In this document: piece after piece, positions 27,509 through 37,217 of the stretch | Layout: each line of letters starts with the position of its first letter | How positions within the stretch are numbered: position 1 is the first letter of the stretch | From: a virus | Lineage: Duplodnaviria > Caudoviricetes | Reading direction: 5' to 3' (one strand) | Virus record (IMG/VR): IMGVR_UViG_3300036830_000043 | Location: 1-53,260 of that record | Length of the DNA stretch: 53,260 bases | Position numbers and translations under genes: made by a program | The notes under the pieces: model-generated | Database searches by the model: none | Told to the model about the DNA's origin: nothing | The model's input: the letters and a program-made list of their open reading frames with translations, nothing else

Positions 27509-29227
27509 CTAGGACCGGGGGAAACGGAAGCCGCCCGGGTTCCCCGGCGCTGCCCGCGCGCCCGCGGCGCTGGTCTGCTGCAAGGTCTCTTCCGTGATGA
27601 CCAGGCGCCCGATGCGCGGCGCCATCGCGATGACCACAGCATCCGCCAGGTTGGGGGAGGCCATCTTCAGCTTCTCCTGCGGCGCCTTGTCAATCAGCAT
27701 TTTGCCGGAATTGTCCTGCTTGTATTGCGCCTGCGATAGCTCCGTGACCAACTGCCCGAAGTGCTGGTAGCCGCTCGCCAGGCTGATGCAGTCCTCCACC
27801 CGCGGCAATGGCATCGAGGGGTCGCCGCGGCCCGCAGCGGACTCCACAAGCAGCCAGGTGTTACGAAAACGCCAGCGCGCGGTAAACCACGCCTGCGCCT
27901 TCATGTTTTTGTAATAGTCCTCATTGGTGCGGTCTGTGCCGGGGGCGATGGCTTCGGGGTCCACGGGGCTGGCGCTGCCGCGGTACATCGTCGCGCGTAC
28001 CGTGCGAATGCGGCGCAGCTTGCGGCCTTCGTTGATTTTGCGCGCATCGCCGCGGATACCCACACCCATGCCGTCGCCATCGTAGGCAAACTCCGGTGTT
28101 TCAAAGCGGTCACACAGGCTGAAGGCACGCTCCGCGGTTTCGTACAGGTCCGAGTCTTTGCCGGTCCACATCTCGGCGTACTTGATTAGGATGCCGTGGC
28201 GGATGGCTATGGCGTTCTTATCCTTGCCGCGGTCGGCTATGTCCAGCCCGGCCAGCTTCATGCCGCTGATGGTCCAGCCCAACTTGACATGCGCGTCAAT
28301 CGCCGCTTGCACGTAGTTGTACGGGATGACGATGCCCTCCATGGAGGCATCGAACTGGTTCATGATTTCCTGGTTGAACGTGATGGGATCTAGTTCGTAG
28401 CGCTTGCGCTCCAACCACGCTTCATCCTTACGCAGGTCATCGTACCAATTGAAGTCAAAACGGTGCTTGGTCGCCGCGTAGCGCCGCGCCTTGTCGGCAA
28501 ACGGATTGGCGCTGCCGTTCACCGATGACATGTCTATGCGGCAGTCGGTGTTCATCGAGATGGCGGCATCGACCACCGCAGGGCGCATCAAGTGGGCGGC
28601 TTCGTCAACAAAGAAGATGGCCTTACGGCCACCGCGGCCCATGCGGTCGCCCGCATCACCGCTGATGCTGCTGCGCGTCTCCGGGAACGTCAGGCCCATG
28701 TGGGTGCTGTGTTTCTTGACGTTCCACCCCGCGCGGAATTCTTCGGGCAGATTCTCCAGGAACATGCGGCCCTTGAAGAACAGCGTGTCAGGGTTCGTGG
28801 TTGAGTCCAGCTTGTCTTCGGTGGCGCTGCCGAACCCCAGCATCATGTTGCGGTGGAAGAGGCACAGCGAGACGGCCACGGCAAATGCGATCCATGAGGC
28901 GCCCACGTCGCGCGACTTCACCAGCACGCCCGGGTCGCCGCCTTTCCACATGGCAATAATCCACTCCACCAACTCGCGCTGTTTGGGCATGAGTATCAGC
29001 GGCATCACGGGGTTGCGGCCCTTACCGCTGACACGCGGGTCAACGGTTATGGCCCAGTCGCTGATGAAGTCGGCGATGTGGTCTTTGTAGTAAGCCTTGA
29101 CGGCTTTGAGCTTGGCGGGGTTGGCCCGGAGCCACTTCAGGCGTTCGGTGCGCTCAAGGAAGATGGGCCGGTAATCCGGGTTTTTGAAGTCCACCTGGTA
29201 CGGTGGTGATGGTGTTGCAGCGGCCAT
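27509..29227 (-). CDS. terL: Terminase large subunit
   Basis: Walker A variant KSRDVGAS; Walker B FFVDEAAH; nuclease GLDIAD and SPNLADA. Confidence 0.92.
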   Translation of the reverse strand: MAAATPSPPYQVDFKNPDYRPIFLERTERLKWLRANPAKLKAVKAYYKDHIADFISDWAITVDPRVSGKGRNPVMPLILMPKQRELVEWIIAMWKGGDPGVLVKSRDVGASWIAFAVAVSLCLFHRNMMLGFGSATEDKLDSTTNPDTLFFKGRMFLENLPEEFRAGWNVKKHSTHMGLTFPETRSSISGDAGDRMGRGGRKAIFFVDEAAHLMRPAVVDAAISMNTDCRIDMSSVNGSANPFADKARRYAATKHRFDFNWYDDLRKDEAWLERKRYELDPITFNQEIMNQFDASMEGIVIPYNYVQAAIDAHVKLGWTISGMKLAGLDIADRGKDKNAIAIRHGILIKYAEMWTGKDSDLYETAERAFSLCDRFETPEFAYDGDGMGVGIRGDARKINEGRKLRRIRTVRATMYRGSASPVDPEAIAPGTDRTNEDYYKNMKAQAWFTARWRFRNTWLLVESAAGRGDPSMPLPRVEDCISLASGYQHFGQLVTELSQAQYKQDNSGKMLIDKAPQEKLKMASPNLADAVVIAMAPRIGRLVITEETLQQTSAAGARAAPGNPGGFRFPRS

Positions 29228-29363
29228 GGTTTCCCAAGCTCCGGTTGATGTACGTGTCACCAGAATTGTGACACAGGTCTAGGCCGCTTGCAAATTTTCG
29301 TGATTAGATGGCCGGTTGACACTTATGCGCATATGGCAACGCTTCGCCACTCCCTGTTGAAAC

Positions 29364-29406
29364 TGTGAACTGTGACACGCTTGTCAACCTGAACATAGAC
29401 CGAGAT
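29364..29406 (+). promoter_or_regulatory. Early promoter: CRP-like box 29364-29379, operator 29373-29386, -10-like CGAGAT
   Basis: Same architecture as 32335, 35240 and 40627. Confidence 0.55.
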
Positions 29407-29429
29407 ACGCACACCAACCACGGGAGTAG

Positions 29430-29798
29430 ATGAAGATGAAATTAACCAACTGGGATGCGACGAAGAAAGAATGGTCAAGCGAGACGGTGGCCGAAGGCCA
29501 GGTGGATTTTGACCAGAAGGACCGCTTGGGCCGCACCATCGGCGCCGGGTTCTACATCGAGGCGCAGACCTTTGTCACCGATGAAACCATGAACTACGAA
29601 AACAACTTGGAGCGTAACCCCTGCTTGGCGGGTGGCCCCGGTTTGTACTTCAGCGCCACCATCTTCAACACCCGCAACCGTGAGCGCTACCAGGCGACCA
29701 CCAGCACTCTGTGCGCCAGCATGGATGCCGCCCACCGCTACTGCGCGGCCTACATCGCCAAGAAGCGCAAAGACGCTGTGAAAAAGGCGGGCAAGTAA
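29430..29798 (+). CDS. Hypothetical protein
   Basis: GGGAG RBS; first gene of the plus-strand block. Confidence 0.75.
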   Translation: MKMKLTNWDATKKEWSSETVAEGQVDFDQKDRLGRTIGAGFYIEAQTFVTDETMNYENNLERNPCLAGGPGLYFSATIFNTRNRERYQATTSTLCASMDAAHRYCAAYIAKKRKDAVKKAGK

Positions 29799-30356
29799 AT
29801 GGCGCACGGCGACCCACGCTATACCGGGGTAGCACTGATGCTCCCCGACGTGCTGCCGCCCATCACGCGAGTGGTGGCCGTGCAGGTCTATAACCGCCTG
29901 GTGCGGGCCTTTGGCGGCACGGAGCACATCCCGGTGGGTGTACTCGAAGCCAGGGGCGGGCGCCCGATAGCGAGCAACTACGGCAGCCGCAGCAGGGGCC
30001 GGACGTGTTGGGCCAGCACCACCCCAACGCGCAGCCACTTCAAGGGGTGGGGGCGCATCGTCCACGATGCCAGCCACTACGTCTTCGAGCAACGCCACCC
30101 GTCAGCGCGGCCCCACGATGGTGGCCACGCGCAACTGGAAACCCAGATGGCGCACTACGTGATGTCGCATCGGCTGATAGAACGCTACGCCCCGCAACCG
30201 CGTAAGCGGGTCAAGGTTGACACCAACGTCAAGCTGGCCAATACTGACGCGGCCATCAAGCGTTGGCAGACCAAGGCGAAGCGCGCGGCGACAGCCCTGC
30301 GCAAGCTAAACGTCAAGCGTAAACGAATTCTGAAAACCATGGAGAACCCGACGTGA
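29799..30356 (+). CDS. Hypothetical protein with an HDxxH...H zincin-like motif
   Basis: IVHDASHY...PHDGGH; basic C-terminal helix. Confidence 0.6.
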   Translation: MAHGDPRYTGVALMLPDVLPPITRVVAVQVYNRLVRAFGGTEHIPVGVLEARGGRPIASNYGSRSRGRTCWASTTPTRSHFKGWGRIVHDASHYVFEQRHPSARPHDGGHAQLETQMAHYVMSHRLIERYAPQPRKRVKVDTNVKLANTDAAIKRWQTKAKRAATALRKLNVKRKRILKTMENPT

Positions 30357-30592
30357 ACAGCACATGCCGATTTTGCAAGCTCACCACCGGACAAATGGTG
30401 AAGTACAACGTGCGCCACTATGCCCATGCTGCCTGCGGCTTCAAAGCCAAAGGCGTGGCATTCCTCGCAGCTTTGACCGATTGGCAGTGCTTCAGTGAGG
30501 TTCCCTACCGCGCGGCAGTGGAGGCGGGCGCCAATGTTGAGGCGGAACTGGTTAGGCGTGCGAATAAATATCAACAGGAGAACCCAACATGA
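30353..30592 (+). CDS. Hypothetical protein (CxxC...HxxC)
   Basis: GGAG RBS; overlapping start and stop. Confidence 0.6.
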   Translation: MNSTCRFCKLTTGQMVKYNVRHYAHAACGFKAKGVAFLAALTDWQCFSEVPYRAAVEAGANVEAELVRRANKYQQENPT

Positions 30593-30683
30593 TGACCCGT
30601 GAAGACTGGTGGACTTACTCACGCGTAGAGAATGCGCGCCGCGACCGTTGGCAGCGATTCATGCGGTGGCTGGCGGGACAGCT

Positions 30684-31571
30684 ATGAGCAAGCAATTCTA
30701 CAAGCACACCGAATTCCGCGCGGCAGCGCTGGCCATGATTGATGTCATGAACGACATCTGCGACAGCTACGTGGCACAGGGCTTCGTGCTCACCGTCCGG
30801 CAGCTTTACTACCAGCTTGTCGCCCGTGGCCACATCGAGAACACGGAGCGCAGCTACAAGCGCACCACCAACCTGGTGAATGACGCGCGCCTGGCCGGAC
30901 TCATGGACTGGGATGCCATCGAGGACCGCACGCGCGCCTTCATCAAGCGCAGCCGCTGGGAGACGCCCAACGATGCGCTGGCGAGCGTCGCGCAGCAGTT
31001 CCACATGGACCTGTGGACAGGGCAGGAGCATCGCGTTTACGTCATCGTGGAGAAGGAAGCGTTGGCCGGTGTGCTAGAAGGTGTATGCAACGCGCATGAT
31101 GTGCCACTCCTGGCAGCGCGCGGCTATCCATCGGGCACGGTGTTGCGCGAGTTTGCGCAGATAGACCTGGAGCAATGCGGCGGCGAAGAACAAACGCCCG
31201 TCATCCTGCACTTCGGTGACCATGACCCGTCTGGCATCGACATGTCGCGCGACCTGGAAGAACGCATCGAACTGTTCAACGAATGCGGCCAGGCGGTGCT
31301 GTTCCGCCGTCTCGCGCTCAACTGGGACCAAATCGAGGAACAGAAGCCACCGCCCAATCCAGCCAAAGTCACTGACTCACGGTTTGCCGACTACGCGCGC
31401 AAGTACGGCATGGAGTCATGGGAGTTAGACGCGCTGACGCCCACGTATCTGACCGACCTGGTGCGCAAGCATGTCATGGAGTACATTGACGTGCCCGTGT
31501 GGAACCGGCGCATAAAATCCATCAAACACATTCGCACTCGGCTGGAGAAGACAGCCAAGGAATTCAAATGA
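30684..31571 (+). CDS. Topoisomerase VI-A / Spo11 / JetD-like Toprim protein
   Basis: TVRQLYY (catalytic Tyr region), VEKEAL, RGYPS, GDHDPSG, WELDAL. Confidence 0.82.
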   Translation: MSKQFYKHTEFRAAALAMIDVMNDICDSYVAQGFVLTVRQLYYQLVARGHIENTERSYKRTTNLVNDARLAGLMDWDAIEDRTRAFIKRSRWETPNDALASVAQQFHMDLWTGQEHRVYVIVEKEALAGVLEGVCNAHDVPLLAARGYPSGTVLREFAQIDLEQCGGEEQTPVILHFGDHDPSGIDMSRDLEERIELFNECGQAVLFRRLALNWDQIEEQKPPPNPAKVTDSRFADYARKYGMESWELDALTPTYLTDLVRKHVMEYIDVPVWNRRIKSIKHIRTRLEKTAKEFK

Positions 31572-31972
31572 CTGACACCAGTGTCACCGACGCGGCCCAA
31601 ATACCCGTAACTCAACCCGCCAGCCTGGCATCACTATCACTGACTCCGATGCTGCGCTACCGTATACAGGAGGCCAACGGCCAGACGCACGTCGGCTACT
31701 TCCTGCCGGACCCGCAGAGCAAGCCCGCGGGGCAACTGAAGCTGATAGCGCGCACCCAGCACCCGACGCGGGCCATCGCGGACGCCCGCATCATTCGCCG
31801 GGCGCGGTCGGTGTGCATGCGGGCCAAGAAGCCCTGGTTGCAATACGTGTTCACCAGCGACACAGGCGCCTTCCAGGCGTTTGAAGATGAAGCGGTGGCC
31901 ATCGAGGCTGCCACGAAGTCGGAACTGCCCTGCGTGCTCTACAGCGTCGATGGGACATGGAGGCATCTGTAA
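31568..31972 (+). CDS. Hypothetical protein
   Basis: ATGA overlap with the upstream gene. Confidence 0.65.
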   Translation: MTDTSVTDAAQIPVTQPASLASLSLTPMLRYRIQEANGQTHVGYFLPDPQSKPAGQLKLIARTQHPTRAIADARIIRRARSVCMRAKKPWLQYVFTSDTGAFQAFEDEAVAIEAATKSELPCVLYSVDGTWRHL

Positions 31973-32184
31973 TGGACCCCGGCTGCACATGCGGCGCCAC
32001 GCTGAAGCACTCCGCAGACTGCGTGGTGTTTTGGGCGCCGCTGCCCCGGCAGATGCAACTGGAAGACATCGTGCCAGGCTGGGTGTGGGCATACCCCGGG
32101 CACGTGTTCCTTGACGGGTCTGTCATGCAGAGCGGGGCGCCACCGTCCTGGTGCTCGAATGACTGGGCTTGGCATGGCTGCTGA
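31972..32184 (+). CDS. Small Cys/Trp-rich hypothetical protein
   Basis: TAATG coupling to the upstream gene. Confidence 0.5.
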   Translation: MDPGCTCGATLKHSADCVVFWAPLPRQMQLEDIVPGWVWAYPGHVFLDGSVMQSGAPPSWCSNDWAWHGC

Positions 32185-32332
32185 CAAGCACCCCGAACCC
32201 GCCCAGTGCGTGTGGTGTTGGCGCCCGCTGTGCGCTTCCGTGGAATGCCGCATTGCCTACCACAATGCCATGTTCATCCCGGCCTGGTACGAACCCAAGC
32301 GCCGGGTGCTGGACCTGGAGCCGCACTCCTAA
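32174..32332 (+). CDS. Small Cys-rich hypothetical protein
   Basis: CxxC..C...C; overlaps the upstream stop. Confidence 0.45.
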   Translation: MAADKHPEPAQCVWCWRPLCASVECRIAYHNAMFIPAWYEPKRRVLDLEPHS

Positions 32333-32334
32333 AC

Positions 32335-32378
32335 TGTGACACACATCACTTGACGCGCGTGTCATCTTGGCCCAAGAT
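32335..32378 (+). promoter_or_regulatory. Early promoter: CRP-like box 32335-32350, TTGACG-N17-CAAGAT, operator 32351-32364
   Basis: TGTGA-cacaca-TCACT; TGACgcgcgtGTCA; followed by AGGAG RBS. Confidence 0.7.
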
Positions 32379-32404
32379 CGCTACACCAACCAGGAGTAGC
32401 GCAG

Positions 32405-32656
32405 ATGGCAAAAGTTACAGCGAAGTTGAACGCGGCACAGGCCACGGAGAAGTTCTCCAACATCAAGGGCACCATCATGGGTGCCAAGCTCTTCGGGGAC
32501 CACGTGGCCCTGTTGGACATGGGACGCGGCGCCAAGGCCGTCATCATCAACGGCAACATGGATTGCTGCTGCCCCAATGCCACCATGGCGATGGTCCAAG
32601 TGGAACGGGCTCTGCGCATCGTCGCCAAGCACTTGTCCGGCACGGTGCGCTGCTAA
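32405..32656 (+). CDS. Hypothetical protein
   Basis: AGGAG RBS downstream of the promoter. Confidence 0.7.
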   Translation: MAKVTAKLNAAQATEKFSNIKGTIMGAKLFGDHVALLDMGRGAKAVIINGNMDCCCPNATMAMVQVERALRIVAKHLSGTVRC

Positions 32657-33666
32657 TGCGCGCCCGCACTGACAAGTTTCGCCCTTCGGTGATTGACCCC
32701 ACCAAGTTCACCTTCATTGGACACCACTACATCGGTGGCATGAGTGACGAAACGTGGGCCGCGCTGTGCGACGAAATCAACGAAGGCGCCGAAGCCCTCG
32801 AAGCGCACCAGAAGGCGCACCCGGGGTTCACGGTGGCGGGCCACAAGTGGGAAGGCCAGTGCGACTGCTGCGGCGCCCGCTACAAGTTCGGCGCTTGGTT
32901 CCACACTGAAGAGGGCAACACCTACATCAGCATTGGCGGCACGTGCGCGTCCAAACTCAGCCTAGGCAGCCCGGAGGCAATGAAACGCTTTCGCGAACAA
33001 GTCAACACCTTCAAGGTTCACCAGGAGCGCGTGGCCAAGGCCCGTGCCTACCTAACCACAGTCAACCTGCTGGCTATGCTGGACCTGTACTTGGACAAGA
33101 CCAACACGGTGCGCGAGTTTCCAGAAAACACCCTGCGTGACATGTGTGGCAAGGTGGTGCAGTGGGGAAACGAACTGTCAGAGAAGCAACGCGCGTTTGC
33201 CGCCAAGCTGCTACAACAGATACAGGACCGGCCCAAGCTCGAAGCGGAGCGCGAGGCACGCGACGCCAACCGCAAGCCCATCCCGGTGACCGACAAGCGC
33301 ATGACCATCATCGGCAAGGTCATCAGCGCCAAGTATGACCAGGGCGGCTGGAAGGACGAAAACGGGCGCCAACGCGACTTCTACCGCCCGGAGTGCATCA
33401 AGATCACCATAGAGCACGCGGACGGCTGGCGGGTGTGGGGCACGTGCCCGGACACCATCTACGGCCCCGTGGGCTACCCGGACCGCACCGAAGACGGCGG
33501 GTTGACGGGCAAGTACCGCAGCATGGACGATGCAGCGGCCGACCTGAAGGGCAAGACGGTCCAACTTGACGCGCGTGTCACAATCAGCGATAAAGACCCC
33601 AAGTTTGGTTTCTACAAGCGGCCCACCAAGGGCAGCATCATCACCGACACCGCGGTGGCCGCGTGA
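32656..33666 (+). CDS. Hypothetical protein with a CxxCG zinc site and an OB-fold-like C-terminus
   Basis: TAATG coupling; CDCCG...GGTC; GKVIS...WRVWGT...FYKRP. Confidence 0.75.
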   Translation: MRARTDKFRPSVIDPTKFTFIGHHYIGGMSDETWAALCDEINEGAEALEAHQKAHPGFTVAGHKWEGQCDCCGARYKFGAWFHTEEGNTYISIGGTCASKLSLGSPEAMKRFREQVNTFKVHQERVAKARAYLTTVNLLAMLDLYLDKTNTVREFPENTLRDMCGKVVQWGNELSEKQRAFAAKLLQQIQDRPKLEAEREARDANRKPIPVTDKRMTIIGKVISAKYDQGGWKDENGRQRDFYRPECIKITIEHADGWRVWGTCPDTIYGPVGYPDRTEDGGLTGKYRSMDDAAADLKGKTVQLDARVTISDKDPKFGFYKRPTKGSIITDTAVAA

Positions 33667-33968
33667 ACTACATCCTAATCGGGCAGCGCCGCGTCAGCCC
33701 CTACGGCGGATGGTCACAGATGGTGTGCGTGGGTGACCGGCTCTACATGGTTTCGGTGCGCACCGGCAAACGCATCCGCATACCATACAAACCCCGCGGG
33801 CCCGGCGCCTACGGCTACCAGTGGATTGGCCGCGTTCACTCGATTGACGATGGCGAGCGCATCACGTGGGAAGACATCGTTGGCGGCTCACTCGGCGTGC
33901 GTGGTCTACTGCGCTATGCCGGGGTACTTGACACGTCTGTCAACCCAGCGCAGGATACGCCCACGTGA
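33663..33968 (+). CDS. Hypothetical protein
   Basis: GTGA overlap. Confidence 0.6.
   Translation: MNYILIGQRRVSPYGGWSQMVCVGDRLYMVSVRTGKRIRIPYKPRGPGAYGYQWIGRVHSIDDGERITWEDIVGGSLGVRGLLRYAGVLDTSVNPAQDTPT
33928..33956 (+). promoter_or_regulatory. Promoter TTGACA-N17-CAGGAT with an operator at 33929-33942
   Basis: Consensus -35; TGACacgtctGTCA. Confidence 0.6.
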
Positions 33969-34273
33969 ACCAGGCAGAGATTTATGAACGGTGTTACGCC
34001 TACGAACGCAACAGGAGATATGCAGCAATGGTGAACAGCAAACACGTCGGATTGTCCCTAGCCGCCCTCAAAGCTATTGAAGCCGAAGTGCTGGCCGATA
34101 CGTCGCAAGCTGCGGCGGGTAACAAAATCGACCCCAAGGAATTCATGACTGCGGTGCGGGCTCGCACGGCCAACGCGGTGCGCATCTATTGCGCCCAGTT
34201 GAGCGTCGAAGCCACCAACACCAGCACTGAGTCCATCACCGACCAACTGCGCAACATGCCGGGAAACATCTGA
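33965..34273 (+). CDS. Hypothetical protein
   Basis: GTGA overlap. Confidence 0.6.
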   Translation: MNQAEIYERCYAYERNRRYAAMVNSKHVGLSLAALKAIEAEVLADTSQAAAGNKIDPKEFMTAVRARTANAVRIYCAQLSVEATNTSTESITDQLRNMPGNI

Positions 34274-34644
34274 TGCGCCAGTCACGCAAGAAGCTCCGCG
34301 CACGGGCGCTGCGCGATGTGCGCTCATTCATGGTGCCGCCACATCTGCTGCGCTCGAAGGACGGCGCCGAGACGCGGGCCATGCTCCATTGGCTGTCGGG
34401 CTACGCAGCCGCCAGGCGCGACATAGCGAAGGCCAACCGCAGGCCGGTGGGTTTAAATCTTGACATCATTGGTGGACCTGGCCCCATCGAAGCGCCCGCC
34501 AGCGGCAAAGCTCTTCTGGTCATCCCGGCGCTGGGCTCGCGCCCTCAATCACGCATCGAGTGCTTGGCGTGCGGCTGGCCCTGCAACAGCGTGGGCACGT
34601 GCAGCAATCTGGGCTGTCCTGGTCTCGGCGGGGGCGACGCATGA
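34273..34644 (+). CDS. Hypothetical protein with a C-terminal Cys cluster
   Basis: TGATG coupling. Confidence 0.55.
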   Translation: MRQSRKKLRARALRDVRSFMVPPHLLRSKDGAETRAMLHWLSGYAAARRDIAKANRRPVGLNLDIIGGPGPIEAPASGKALLVIPALGSRPQSRIECLACGWPCNSVGTCSNLGCPGLGGGDA

Positions 34645-34937
34645 GCGCCCAAGTAATCGACGCCCGCGCACGTTTCACTATCGCCCGTGCTGCGGCCATC
34701 GCCAAGCGCGACATGAGCATGACGTTGGGCCAATCGTGGCAGGCGGCAGAGCGCGAGCTTGAAGCGGCGCTGGTCACCAACTACAGCGCCGAAGAGATGG
34801 CCCGCATAGCCGCGGTGGCCAAGCGCCTACGCCCGGAGACTGAAGCCAGCGAGTGGAGCGCCGACGAACTGCAAGCGGCCATCATCGGTGCGGAGCACGT
34901 GTTCACCGACATGGACGGGCGGGTGATAGAGCCATGA
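34641..34937 (+). CDS. Hypothetical protein
   Basis: ATGA overlap. Confidence 0.6.
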   Translation: MSAQVIDARARFTIARAAAIAKRDMSMTLGQSWQAAERELEAALVTNYSAEEMARIAAVAKRLRPETEASEWSADELQAAIIGAEHVFTDMDGRVIEP

Positions 34938-35134
34938 ATGACAACTACACCCCGGAAGCTGCCGCGGAAATCTGCGCCATCTACCAGCGCCAATGCGTGG
35001 AGCGGGCGCCCTGGCGCACACGCGAGTGGTGGCGCGAACTGCGAGCACGCACAGACCGACATCCGCATGGCGGCTACCGGCTCACCAACGAAGACGTTAT
35101 GCTGCTAGGCGCTTGTGGCGTGCGGCGCTACTAG
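34934..35134 (+). CDS. Hypothetical protein
   Basis: ATGA overlap. Confidence 0.5.
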   Translation: MNDNYTPEAAAEICAIYQRQCVERAPWRTREWWRELRARTDRHPHGGYRLTNEDVMLLGACGVRRY

Positions 35135-35239
35135 GATGTTAGACCGCGAATGGTGCCTGCTGTGCCAATCCTGGCAGCTAGGGGCCTGCCGCACGCCCGA
35201 TGACGCAGCCCAGTGCCCCATGCAGCGACCTGATGGAAG

Positions 35240-35282
35240 TGAGACGCAGGACACACAACGCAAGTGACAGCCGCGTCAAGAT
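35240..35282 (+). promoter_or_regulatory. Early promoter: CRP-like box 35240-35255, operator 35265-35278, -10-like CAAGAT
   Basis: TGAGA-cgcagg-ACACA; TGACagccgcGTCA. Confidence 0.55.
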
Positions 35283-35319
35283 ACGCGCACCCCATCCGGG
35301 GCAACTAGGAGTGATGACG

Positions 35320-35499
35320 ATGCAACAGCACAAAGCCCAACGCCACAGCGGCAGCCATGCCAACGTGGCCGTGAATCGCGCCCACAAGCGTGCCAAGGTC
35401 TACACAGGCCCCAACCGTGCGCAGCGTCGCGCAGAGATGCGCTTGGATGCAGCCGTGGTGGACAGTGCGGCCTTGACCTTCGAGGCGCCGCAAGCATGA
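35320..35499 (+). CDS. Small basic hypothetical protein
   Basis: AGGAG RBS; NRAQRR motif. Confidence 0.55.
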   Translation: MQQHKAQRHSGSHANVAVNRAHKRAKVYTGPNRAQRRAEMRLDAAVVDSAALTFEAPQA

Positions 35500-35861
35500 G
35501 CAAGACCAACGAAACAGGGGCGCACCAGGCGTTGGCCGACACCGCGCGTATGCGTGGGCTCGATGCGCTGCGTGATGACCCCTTGGAACTGACGCAGCCG
35601 TTGGCAGCGCCTATCCGTCGCCACCGCGCGTGGGAGGGCAAGCTACTGGGCGCGCAGCTAACCCCGCGTGACCCGGTGCGCGAACGGCGCAAACCGTCCA
35701 CGGTCGGTGAGCGCCAACCGCTGGTCATCATGTCGCGCAAGGTAAGTGCTGCCGAAGCGCAGCGCATCTGGCCGCAGCCCACGGCACTAGCCAGCAGCGA
35801 CCCGGACGGCCATCGCCAAGCCTTCGTGGACTACATCAGCGACCAGGGGCAGCCGTTATGA
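35496..35861 (+). CDS. Hypothetical protein
   Basis: ATGA overlap. Confidence 0.55.
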   Translation: MSKTNETGAHQALADTARMRGLDALRDDPLELTQPLAAPIRRHRAWEGKLLGAQLTPRDPVRERRKPSTVGERQPLVIMSRKVSAAEAQRIWPQPTALASSDPDGHRQAFVDYISDQGQPL

Positions 35862-35925
35862 GCGCCAAGACCCGCCAGCGGCAGCGTAGGGCGTTGCGCG
35901 CGTTCAAGCGCCAGCAGCGCCGGGT

Positions 35926-36141
35926 GTGGCCGTGAGCGCCATGCGTCCCATCAACCCGTGCGTGGTGGCGACACCGGACGGCCGCATAGGCGTGCTCACC
36001 GGGCGCGTGGGCTTCGACGGTTGTGTGGAGATAAGAGGCAGCCGCTTCGTGGCATCTGTGCCGCTGTCGGTGCTGCACTTCTACTTGCCGCCTGGCAGCG
36101 TCACCGCCAGTGACCCGCGTTACTTAGCGTGGCGCCCATGA
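35926..36141 (+). CDS. Small hypothetical protein (SH3/KOW-like beta pattern)
   Basis: VVATPDGRIGVL; start uncertain. Confidence 0.45.
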   Translation: MAVSAMRPINPCVVATPDGRIGVLTGRVGFDGCVEIRGSRFVASVPLSVLHFYLPPGSVTASDPRYLAWRP

Positions 36142-36425
36142 GCCGCGACGCGGGGCTGCGCTTGGCCGTGGCATGTCTGGTGGCGCTGGTCGCGTTCGCT
36201 GTCCTGGTGTCACGGTGAGCCCGTTAGAGCGCCTTGGCAACCTTATCAACTGGGCAGCGGTGCCGTGCTTTTTGGTGTGGCTGTGGCTGGCGGGATTCGG
36301 CGGCAATCAATGAAGCCGCAGCAGCGGGGCGTTTAACACGCCACCTTGGGAGGGAGAACCCGAACGTGTGCCCCGTGCCGCGAGCTACCGCGGCCCAGTG
36401 GCGTAGTCACCAGTGCGCGGCGCCA

Positions 36426-37217
36426 TCATCGTAGCGCAGGCCGCTGTACCATGTCCATATAGCCCTGCGTGGGGTCGGTGCTCGCGTCCAACGGCGCATC
36501 GACGGGTGGCGGCAGACCTAGTTCGCCCACTTTGCCTTCAGTCTGGTAGGCACCCAACAGCTTGGCCACTTCCTTGCGGGCATCGGCCCTATCCTCCATG
36601 AGCACTTCTAGCTGGCCATTGCTGCCAATCTTGATGCCTCGATACAGGCGCCGTGTCTTCGGTGGCAGCTTGTCGGTGTCGGTGACATAGACCGCATGCA
36701 CGCCAGCGCCACGACACTGCGGACACGTTGGGTTGGGCTCGCGTTGCGGATCGAACCCAAAGCCCCCGCGGCAGCTTGGCGCCTTGACACGCATGTCAGG
36801 TGTGCTGTTGTCTTCAGCGTCGGCCGCTGCAAACGTCCATTCCAATTCTTGCCACTGGTACGCGTAGCCTTCACCGTAGCAATGGCGACAGCACAGTGCG
36901 CGGTATCGGATGATGTCGTTGGCGTCGGCGCCCGCAACGTCTAGCTGCGCTTGCAACACGTCGCGCGCTTTGATGATGGTGGTGGCTGCCGCAGCGGCTA
37001 GCAACTCTTCAATCCTTGCGGCCACCAAGGGGTGAGCCAAGGCGCGGCTAGCTTCCTCCCACACGGTAGTTGGCTGGATATTCCACGCAACGTTGTACGC
37101 CATCCGGTAGGCCGTTGATGCGTTCTGGTACTCGCAATAATAACGCGCAAACGCTTCTTGCTTGGCCGTGAGCAATTCGCTAGCTAATTCAACCGATTGG
37201 GACACCTGTGCGTTCAT
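36426..37217 (-). CDS. terS: Terminase small subunit with a Cys-rich insertion
   Basis: LTAKQEAFARYY...NASTAYRMAY...P.V.ARIEEL; CRHC and CPQC.G.G. Confidence 0.82.
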   Translation of the reverse strand: MNAQVSQSVELASELLTAKQEAFARYYCEYQNASTAYRMAYNVAWNIQPTTVWEEASRALAHPLVAARIEELLAAAAATTIIKARDVLQAQLDVAGADANDIIRYRALCCRHCYGEGYAYQWQELEWTFAAADAEDNSTPDMRVKAPSCRGGFGFDPQREPNPTCPQCRGAGVHAVYVTDTDKLPPKTRRLYRGIKIGSNGQLEVLMEDRADARKEVAKLLGAYQTEGKVGELGLPPPVDAPLDASTDPTQGYMDMVQRPALR

